Shown in pieces: positions 8,249 to 17,000 of a stretch of DNA of 34,477 nucleotides. A program made the position numbers and the translations under genes. The DNA is from an uncultured Candidatus Saccharibacteria bacterium. GTDB taxonomy: Bacteria > Patescibacteriota > Minisyncoccia > Phycocordibacterales > UBA9973. Positions within the stretch are counted from its first letter, which is position 1. Each line of letters starts with the position of its first letter. Location: contig CAZFKY010000001.1 of assembly GCA_964519485.1 (NCBI GenBank), positions 1 to 34,477 of the forward strand. The letters run 5' to 3'. The notes beneath the pieces are model-generated. The model worked only from the letters and a program-made list of their open reading frames with translations. It did not search any database and was not told the origin of the DNA.

Positions 8249-9077
8249 CCCTAACTCTCTTTAAATATCTATACAAAAAGTAAATAAATAGTGTTGATAA
8301 CAACAATAATAGATACATATAAGGCGAGACCACAGTAGAGGAAGAAAAATTACCATTTAGATCATACGCTTTCACTTTAAAATAATAAAATGGTGTCTGA
8401 TTTTTTAATAAATAAGGACTATCCGTATTTACACAAGAGAAAAATTCACAGACTTGATATTGGCCAATACCTGAACCTTTGTCATTGGTACTAAAAACAA
8501 TAAAATATTTGCCATCAAAAATGGCTGGATCTCTAGAACGCACCACAGAAAAACTCTCTGGTGCAATTTTGTCATCCAACACAAAATTAGGATCAGCCTT
8601 ACCATCTAAATTAGGGGTAATTTTAATAGAATCATTAAATACAGTATTTTTTACGACAGTACCCTTACCATCATTTAAAAAAGTACTTACATTATTTAAA
8701 GATAACTTTGCCAAACCTATAGCCTTTGCCCTAAACACCACTTGAAATACTTCCCCCTTATTAACTAAAACACCTCCGGGGGTTATGCCAGAAAAATGAA
8801 TCAATCCTGGTATTTTGTTTTCTGGTTTTTCTACCCAAAAACTGACAAAAGAAGATCCTGTATTTATGACCTCTATTTGGAGTAGACTTTTATCATAAGA
8901 TAAATCACCTTCTAGGGTGTTTATCTGCTCTCCTTCGGTATTTAAATAGACAGTGCTAGTAAAAGTTGTACTTTCAGGTTTAATCTTGCTGTCAGATTCC
9001 AAACTCAAACTAGCAGCAAAAGATTTATCTGCCACAAATAACAAAACTATAACAAATATAAATTTAAATTTTTTCAT
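8244..9077 (-). CDS. Surface protein: signal peptide, cohesin-like domain, Ig/FN3-like domain and C-terminal TM anchor
   Basis: Signal peptide is MKKFKFIFVIVLLFVADKSFA. The cohesin-like block (nt ~8673-9014) reads LSLESDSKIKPESTTFTSTVYLNTEGEQINTLEGDLSYDKSLLQIEVINTG..GEVFQVVFRAKAIGLAKLSLNN. The C-terminal anchor is YMYLLLLLSTLFIYFLYRYLKRVRV. Confidence 0.65.
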   Translation of the reverse strand: MKKFKFIFVIVLLFVADKSFAASLSLESDSKIKPESTTFTSTVYLNTEGEQINTLEGDLSYDKSLLQIEVINTGSSFVSFWVEKPENKIPGLIHFSGITPGGVLVNKGEVFQVVFRAKAIGLAKLSLNNVSTFLNDGKGTVVKNTVFNDSIKITPNLDGKADPNFVLDDKIAPESFSVVRSRDPAIFDGKYFIVFSTNDKGSGIGQYQVCEFFSCVNTDSPYLLKNQTPFYYFKVKAYDLNGNFSSSTVVSPYMYLLLLLSTLFIYFLYRYLKRVRV

Positions 9078-9078
9078 A

Positions 9079-10401
9079 TTATCCAGTCCAATAATAAGCC
9101 ATAATACTAAAGTCGATTAAATTAATCTTGCCATCGCCATTTAATTTACTAGCATCAAAAGAAGTTGAAGCATTATTTAAATTTTTCTTATACCAAAAAG
9201 CAGCAATAGAAAAGTCTACTAGGTTCACCCGACAATCTCCATTCAAATCTCCTTTAGCTGGACATTTCTTGGTCTTATCTACTTCAGTGTTTTTATTACC
9301 TACCGTAAAAGCCACTACCTTACTATAAGAACTAATTTGACCATCTTTAGCTGATTTTGATTTAGCATTGTGATCTCCTAGCTCAAGAGGTGAAGAATCT
9401 ACCACTTGGAGATACACACCCTGAGCATCTGCATTTACTTTTTTGAAGATTTCTTCTTCTGAGTGGATAGAAATAGTAATTTCACTAGAAGGTATAGATT
9501 GACCAAAGAAAGTTATATTATCTCCTTTTTTAACCTGACTTTTATCTACTCCAAGAGTCGGCGCTAAAAAGATGCCTCCGATATTTGTGGTTGAACCAGA
9601 AGTCAAAGATACTGGGAAAGTAAGGAGGGATGATCTATTACCTTGGTAGTCTTCGGAGTAAACAGAGAAAATATAATTACCAGCATTTAAATTATTTACA
9701 GTTATAGTGAAATTCGCATCACTACCAGCCACAGTAGAAGATAATATTTGTGCATCTTTGAGTAGAGTCACATTACTACTCGGATAAGCCCTTCCCGAAA
9801 ATACAGCGGATGCATCAGAAGAAACTATGAAAATTCCGCCGCCTCCGCCGCCTCCGCCTCCGCCGCCATTATTATTGTTATTACTAGAAGCTACTGGTGT
9901 AGCAGAGACTTCATCGGATTCACTTAAGAGTATCCCAGAAGCATAAGATCGGATCTTAAAATAATAATGCGTGCCATTCGTAAGACCAGTTTTAGTAGTA
10001 GTCAAAACATCTCCAACAGAAGTATAAACATGACCACTGCCTGAAGTTGTACTTACACCTAACTCATAACTAGTAATATTTGCCAGAACCCCCACAGAAG
10101 CTGTCCAAGAAATTATTGCTTGTGAATCACCGGCTGTAGCTGATACTACTGGTGATGTAGCTATTGGAAAATAAAGCAATCCTATATTATGAAGAAAACT
10201 AATACTAGAACTCTGCCCAATATCGAGCTCACCAGTACTGCTAATATATTGGAAACTAGAAGAACTGGACTGACCGCCACCGATAGTATTTATAGGATTT
10301 TCTACTTTAAAACTAGGACTAGATACATCTGCTCTAGCTGAAGAATAAAATAAAAAACTAAAAACTAAAATAATTAAAAGGTTTTTCTGAAAAACTTTCA
10401 T
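9079..10401 (-). CDS. Secreted FN3/Ig-domain protein with a C-terminal dockerin
   Basis: Signal peptide is MKVFQKNLLIILVFSFLFYSSARA. The FN3-like block (nt ~9892-10155) reads PVVSATAGDSQAIISWTAS..YELGVSTTSG..TGLTNGTHYYFKIRSYA. An N5G11 linker, two Ig-like segments and the dockerin follow. Confidence 0.85.
   Translation of the reverse strand: MKVFQKNLLIILVFSFLFYSSARADVSSPSFKVENPINTIGGGQSSSSSFQYISSTGELDIGQSSSISFLHNIGLLYFPIATSPVVSATAGDSQAIISWTASVGVLANITSYELGVSTTSGSGHVYTSVGDVLTTTKTGLTNGTHYYFKIRSYASGILLSESDEVSATPVASSNNNNNGGGGGGGGGGGIFIVSSDASAVFSGRAYPSSNVTLLKDAQILSSTVAGSDANFTITVNNLNAGNYIFSVYSEDYQGNRSSLLTFPVSLTSGSTTNIGGIFLAPTLGVDKSQVKKGDNITFFGQSIPSSEITISIHSEEEIFKKVNADAQGVYLQVVDSSPLELGDHNAKSKSAKDGQISSYSKVVAFTVGNKNTEVDKTKKCPAKGDLNGDCRVNLVDFSIAAFWYKKNLNNASTSFDASKLNGDGKINLIDFSIMAYYWTG
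9082..9270 (-). other. Dockerin module (two Ca-binding loop-helix segments)
   Basis: GDLNGDCRVNLVDFSIAAFWY and KLNGDGKINLIDFSIMAYYW form a duplicated D-x-N-x-D-x-x-(I/V)-N-x-x-D-F motif, as in type I dockerins. Confidence 0.85.
9835..9882 (-). repeat. Imperfect trinucleotide tract encoding N5-G11 (inter-domain linker)
   Basis: Plus strand reads tccgccgcctccgccgcctccgcctccgccgcc followed by attattattgttatt. Confidence 0.85.
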
Positions 10402-10408
10402 TGTTTTA

Positions 10409-10417
10409 ATTATATCA
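10409..10417 (-). promoter_or_regulatory. Extended -10 element TGaTATAAT, 7 nt upstream of ATG 10401 (dockerin gene)
   Basis: Minus strand reads tt-TGa-TATAAT-taaaaca-ATG, with no SD sequence. It lies immediately downstream of the hairpin terminator. Confidence 0.4.
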
Positions 10418-10435
10418 AATAAAAATACCTACCTA

Positions 10436-10462
10436 CAAACAAAAAACACCATTTCTGGTGCC
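10436..10462 (-). terminator. Rho-independent terminator downstream of the 139-aa gene
   Basis: Minus strand reads GGCACCA-GAAA-TGGTG followed by TTTTTTGTTTG. The stem is 5 bp, or 7 with G:U pairs, and a T-run follows. Confidence 0.5.
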
Positions 10463-10491
10463 TTTTGTTTTTTGTAGACTTAATTCAAATA

Positions 10492-10911
10492 TTAAGGCTT
10501 CTTTGGAGTTGTGGTAGATGTACTACTTGGTGGAGTAACCCCTTTTTGATTACCAATATTTAAAGGTGCTACATCGATAATCTTGTTTAGGGTAACACTG
10601 TACAATACAGCCTTTTTGGCTTGAGCATATATAAGCACCTTGTCTCCTTTTTGAGCATTTGCAAAGAAAGATTGATCTTTTAAAGCTTCAGGGTCAGATA
10701 CGGTAGCTACTGTTGGACTCTCACCTACAGGCAAGATTGCCAACTTTGAAACCTTAGCTACTAAATCAGCTACCTCTTTTTGAGCTATAGCTTGAGGATT
10801 TTGCTTCAACACTCTCAATTGAGAGTAAAAATAACCAGCCAAAACCACAGCTATGATAGCTATAAATGGCACCTCAACACGCATTAAATTCTTTTGTGAC
10901 ATATTTTCCAT
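10492..10911 (-). CDS. Small membrane-anchored protein with an exported Ser/Thr/Pro-rich tail, function unknown
   Basis: The N-terminal anchor is VPFIAIIAVVLAGYFY. A soluble domain (..PTVATVSDPEALKDQSFFANAQKGDKVLIYAQAKKAVLY..) follows, and the protein ends in PPSSTSTTTPKKP. Confidence 0.6.
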   Translation of the reverse strand: MENMSQKNLMRVEVPFIAIIAVVLAGYFYSQLRVLKQNPQAIAQKEVADLVAKVSKLAILPVGESPTVATVSDPEALKDQSFFANAQKGDKVLIYAQAKKAVLYSVTLNKIIDVAPLNIGNQKGVTPPSSTSTTTPKKP

Positions 10912-10951
10912 ATTATTTGTTAATAACTAATAATTTATAGATAAGAATATA

Positions 10952-10995
10952 CTTACCAACCAAATAATTATACAGCAAGCTTATTTGGTAAGCAA
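10952..10995 (-). promoter_or_regulatory. Interrupted 12-bp hairpin after the giant gene, overlapping a promoter-like TTGCTT-17 nt-TATAAT
   Basis: Minus strand reads CTTACCAAATAA-gcttgctgtataa-TTATTTGG(TT)GGTAAG. The -35 TTGCTT (10995-10990) and the -10 TATAAT (10972-10967) lie within it. No clean T-run follows, so the terminator and promoter readings remain unresolved. Confidence 0.3.
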
Positions 10996-11004
10996 TAGTA
11001 TATT

Positions 11005-14000
11005 TTAGGGTGCATCCCCGCCGCCACCTCCACCGCCACCTCCTTGAGAAGCTAGGCTGTCTGCATAGAAATCATCTCCACGGGTATCACTAGAATTACC
11101 CTTTCCTACCAATCCTGGTCTACCTGTAGAATACGTAGAATCAGTAGTCGTGGTTACGACCACACCATCTTGTTTTAGAGTAAGTGTGGTGCCTGTGATT
11201 TCAAGTCTGATTCTCTCACCGGGATTAAATGCTGTACCAGTGTACAATGTAGTAGGAGCACCGGAAGACCATTTTATAATTTTTACATTTGTACTATCAG
11301 AATAAGCACCATAGCCACTCTGTGCGCCAGACTGCAATCTAACTCCGACACCCATGTAATTTCCGGAAGATAAAGCCGGTAATACAAGCTCAGCAAATTG
11401 ATTATCATTAAATGCTCCCACGTTCCATCTTGCCATAGTATCTACTCCAGCAGCATTACTCATAACTGCATTACTATTTAAGGCAAAAGCTCCATTCAAA
11501 ACATTCCAGCTCGAATCATAACCCACCAAAGGCACACCATTAGACCCTGTAAAGGCTTGAGGCAATTCACCACCACCGCCACCAGAATTACCTTCTCCAC
11601 CGCCACCATTAAATCCTCCGTGGCCAAAACCTCCACCACCGACAGCTGTACCACCACCAGAATCTCCTCCACCACCTCCACCACCGACAGCTGTACCACC
11701 ACCAACAGCCACAAAGCCCCAACAAGAACCATTATTTACACCCACTTTAAATATATGATCTTTCGGACCAGAGTAATTTTGACTAGCGTTACATCCCACA
11801 TCAGACAAAACTACGAAATCTAATATTCCATTTGGAGTTGTAGAAAAAGTGATATACCAAATAGAGCCATTATCAGGAGAACCGATCCAAATAGGCTCTG
11901 TAGGGGTACCGTGGAAATTCATCTGATTTGCAATAATAAGATTCCCGGCGACCGCAAAATTTATTCTGTGTCCTGGTGTTTCATTATTTAAATTATAATA
12001 AGTAGCAGATTTTATTAACACCACATCTGGTATTGGATCTAAAACCACTGTGCCATTATTATGAGTAAATGTGCCTTGCACTGCAAAATTTCCTCGCAAT
12101 GTAAGGATACCTGTATTTGAAGCAATTACATTACCATGAGTATCAAAATCAGCATTTACAGTAAGATTTGGGTCATTGGTATTTAGATTTATATTTGGAT
12201 TACCAGCATTGGTTCCATCTAAGCGATGAACAATCATAGTGCCAGAAGAAGGCACAAAAGTTCCCGGACCTTTCATAGTCAAATCATAATAAGTAATATT
12301 ACCTGGAATATTTGTAGTATTACCGGAACCTGAATTAAAGATTATATTACTACCGGTAGTAGAAGCAGAGAGGGTTCCATTTAATGTAATTGGTGTACCA
12401 TTGTTCAAAGAAAATTCTAGCGTATGCGCACCCACTGAAAGAGTTTGATTAGCATCGATAATAGCGCTTGTTGCAACAACATCAGATAATATAGAAAGTG
12501 TTGTATTTCCTGTATTTGCAGAAATTTGAATAATACCCAAATCAGAATTATTACCATTTGTATTTAAAGTCTGAGTACCAGCCAAACCTTTTGCAAATAT
12601 TACCTTGTTGCTTGCACTTTTATTTACAGTAGGTCCAGAAGAAACTACAGTATTACCACGAACAGTAATATCAGAAGATGGTAATGTAAATGTGCCTGAA
12701 CCTGTAAGTGTGAGGTTATTATAAATACTAGCAACCACATTTTGAGTTGATCCAGAATAAACCACAGTACTATTGCCTGAAGCAAATGTACCGTTAATCA
12801 CGAGAGGTGTGGCCCCTGTAAGCTCTAAAACTCTATTATCTGAGCCCATGTTAAGGGTAGTATTTAAAGATACAGTAACAACACCAACAATAATATTTCC
12901 AGTACCACCAGTAGAGACAGCTACGGCCTGTGACCCAGATGAAGAAGACAAAGTCAAAGTATTAAAAGTCCAATTATTGTTTCCAGATGTTTGACCAAGG
13001 TTTTTAGTAGAAGCTACTTGCATAGTCACAGGGACATCGGTATTTACAGTTCCTGCGCCAGTCATATTTCCGTTTACTATCAAGCTTCCTCCGCCAGTAC
13101 TACCGTTCAAAGTACCATCTACCACAACATCACCAACCAAGGTAGTATTCGCACTACTTCCCAAAGACAGGGTGGCATTATTCGATATAGTGGTAGTGCC
13201 GTTTATAGTCACAGTAGGGTTGTTCACAGCAAAAGAAAATGCTGCTGGATTAGAGCCGTTACCCACTGTAAAATATCCGTTCACAATAGTAGTTCCCGAA
13301 AGGAATTTACTAGCAGAAGCACCTGCGCTTGGACTAATTTGCAAATTATTATAAGTAAGAGCAGGAAGATTTGTCCCACCTGGTCCAGTATAAATCACAG
13401 TAGAACTTCCCGCAGAAAGTGTAGACTTACTGTTAGCAAAAGACAAAGTGCTAGTGGTTAAGCTTGAAGAACCTAGTGATAATGTATCTGTGTTAGTAGA
13501 GCCAGCATTTCCTACAGTAAGAGTTCCAGACACAACATTGCTGCCCGACATATTATATGTAACCCCTGTCAATGCGTCAGAAGTACCTCCGAGTGTCAGA
13601 TTACCGTAAGTCGTAGTCTCTACATCAGTTGTTCCTGTTTGTCCTTCGTAATCAATTGTACTACTAGTGCCACTAAATATACCGTTGTTTATAAATGGTC
13701 TTGATGATCCAGTTCCAGTGCCTGTAATTGTTGTTGTGTAAAAAGATGGGGCAAAAGTCTGAGACGCATCTACGAGCAAAGTCGTCACTTTGGTATCACC
13801 ACTCAAAGCCAAAGTCGTAGCTCCAGAATTTGCTGATATTTGTATATTACCTAAATCACTACTACCACCATTTAGGTTCTGAGTACCTCCACCACCTTTA
13901 GCAAATATTATTTTATTGCTTGCACTCTTGGTGACTGTAGCACTAGCATTCACAACCAGATTACCTCTGATAGTAATATCTGAAGCTGGTAATGTGTATG

Positions 14001-17000
14001 TACTACTGCCACCTAGTGTAAGATTATTGTAAGTAGTAGCAGTGACATTTTGCAATGTTCCAGTATAAGCTACAGTTCCTGTATTTGGCACAAAGCTACC
14101 AGTTATTACAAAAGGACTAGAAAATGCTGTAGATGTGAAATAAAGATTTCTATTACCTGAACCTAGATCAAGGGTAGTGCCTGCACCTACTGTCAAAGAG
14201 TATCCAACATATATATTAGAGGTACCAGCAGAATTTAAAGTGACAGTCGAAGAAGGACTAGAATTTATATTCAAAACCTGGAATTTCCAATCACCAGCAG
14301 GAATAGATCCTGAACCTCCAAAATTCTTATTACTAGCCACATCAATATTCACAATACAAGTAGTACCAAAACAAGTTGAAAAATCAATAACGCCCGAACC
14401 AGTAAGATTGCCCGATACGTTTATGGTGCCTGTACCTGATCCAGATTTATTTATAGTTCCATTAACAATAAGATCATTTGTAGTAATTGATGATACTCCA
14501 GAAGCAACTCCATACACAGCCCCAGCTGCGATGGTGGTAGACCCTGTGACATTTATCACCGGATTGTTTGTTGTTATCACACCTGCATGAGAGCCATCAC
14601 CTATAACCAAGTTATTCGCAACATTTGTAGTGCCAGAAGCTATGGTAATACCAGTCGAAGACGACGAAAGGAACTCTAAATTATAATAACTAGCTGCTGC
14701 TGAAGTAACAACACCGAGAACACTTCCAGTATATCTTACAGTCGATGTTCCATAAACAATTGTGCCTTTGTTTGAACCCGATAAAGACAGAGGTGTCCCT
14801 ATACCAGATGAAAGTGTCAACGTAGTGGAACCTAAATCTAAAATATCTGCATTAAAAGATGAATTATTACCCACAGCTAGAATACCTGCAACAATAACAT
14901 TGCCATTCATAGTATAGGTAACACCGGAAGCAAGGTCCATAGTCGTACCCAAAGACAAAGTATTGTAACCAACATTTGTGGTCTCTATATCTGTAGCTGA
15001 TGTGCCTTCATAATCCATATTAATGTTAGTTATCGTAGTACCATTGTTTATAAATGGCCTAAGAGCACCTGACCCAGAACCAGTCACAGTAAAAGTAGAG
15101 GCCACAGTAGATAGTGTTTGACTAGCATCGACTAAAATTGTCGTGACCTTTGTATTACCAGTCAGAGCCAGAGTCGTAGCTCCAGAATTTGCTGATATTT
15201 GAATATCACCTAAATCACTACTACCGCCATTTAGGTTCTGAGTACCTCCACCACCTTTTGCAAATATTATTTTATTACTTGCACTCTTAGTGACTGTACC
15301 CCCGTTTGAAATCCAGTTGCCTCTTATGGTTATATCAGATGCTGGTAAGGTATAAGTCCCAGCTCCACCTAGGGTAATATTATTGTATGTAGTAGGGGCA
15401 ACATTGGAAGTAGCTCCTGTATACTGCACTGTTCCTGTGTTTGGTATAAATGTACCAGATATTACAAGAGGAGTACCTGTACCAGACAATATAATAGTCT
15501 TGGATCCTGAATCTAAGCTAGTACTACTAGAAATAGTCATTACACCAGACACAGTGATAGACCCTGAGCCAGATTGAATAGTAGAAGTAGTAGAAGAACC
15601 CGTAAATGTAAGACTGCCAAAAGTCCAATTATTGGTGCCACTAGTCGTACCGAAATTTTTATTTATTCCAGCAAAATTATGAGTGAAAGTATTTCCAGAA
15701 ATATTTATAGTGCCTGTACCTGCGACATTACCAGTCGCAGAAATATTCCCCGCACCAGAGCCAGACATAGTGCCATTTACAGTAAGATCAGCCAGTGACA
15801 CTGCTCCACCTCCAGTAGTAAATGTAGCATTGGCTGCGATAGTGGTAGCTCCAGTGACATTTATTATTGGGTTATTAGTAGCAGCTGTTGCTCCATTGTT
15901 TGTGCCATTCCCCACGGTGAGTGTGCCACCGATATTGTAAGTACCAGCACCCATTATATTTTGAGTGGCACCAGCAGGACTCAATTCTAAATTGTTGTAT
16001 GAAGCCGCCGTACTAGTAGCACCATTACCTGTATATTTCACAGTGGAAGTACCAGGAGAGAGTAGACCCTTACTACTACCTGCAAATACTAGAGGCGTAC
16101 CTGTGCCTGATAAAGTCAAAGTGGTAGAACTTAAAACAAAAGTATCTGCATTTGTAGAAGAAGCATTGCCCACAGTAAGAACATTTTGTACTGTGATATT
16201 ACCTGAAGCAGTAAATGTCCCGCCTGCCACTGTATCAGATATTGAACCGATGTTTAAATTATAATAAGTAGCACTAGCTACAGAATTTCCAGTAGAAAAA
16301 CCTTCAAAGCCAAAAGTAGAAGCATTAGGAGTAAATACACCGCGTGAGGCATTTACCACCAAAGATCCGTTAGTTGAACCACCTGTCGAAGCTTGACCAG
16401 TAACCCAAGTCCTAGAACCAGCATCGAGAGTCGTGCTAGCAGAATCAGCACCTAAACCAACATTAACACTAAAAAATCCATATATACCACCAGAACCCCC
16501 AGAAGAAGCTGTAATAGTGACAGGTGAACCAGAAGAATTTGAAAACTTCAATGTAGCAAAATCCCAATTATTAGACCCAGATGTAGTACCAAAATTTTTA
16601 CTACTTGCTACTCTTTGCTCAAAAGTTGCATTAAATAAATTTATTCTACCCACACCTACTACATTTCCATTTGCAAAAACATTGTGAACTGCTCCACCAG
16701 ACAAAGTACCGTCGACTGTTAAATCACCGACAAAGTTAAACACACCATCACCATCTGTAAAGATAGCGTTCGCAGCAATTGTGGTAGTACCATTGACTGT
16801 AAAGGCTGGGTCATTAAGAACAGCACTGACTCCTGCATTTGTTCCATCTCCAACAGTAAGTGCCCCTCCTATAGTATAAGTACCAGCACTCAAGATCTGC
16901 TGAGAAGAACTAGAAGGTTTAAATCCTACATTGTTGAAAGTTGTACCGGCTGGTTGCGCAGGAATAGTAACTCCGTTACCAGTAAAATCAAGAGTGGAAG

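Noticed and set aside
3306-9328. Short plus-strand ORFs (3306-3506, 4212-4445, 4634-4861, 4888-5115, 5395-5862, 7266-7550, 7676-7960, 8479-8745, 9128-9328)
   Set aside because: Each lies wholly inside and antisense to a longer minus-strand gene that has recognisable domains or signal peptides. None has a motif of its own.
11005-11560. Autotransporter beta-barrel translocator at the C-terminus of the PATR protein
   Set aside because: The C-terminal ~190 aa look like a soluble jelly roll ending in poly-Gly. They lack the alternating amphipathic strands and the terminal aromatic residue expected of a barrel.
13814-15308. Diversity-generating retroelement (template/variable repeat pair)
   Set aside because: The six mismatches between the 126-nt copies are not adenine-specific (T/A, T/C, A/G, A/T, G/A, G/A), and no reverse transcriptase gene is in the window.
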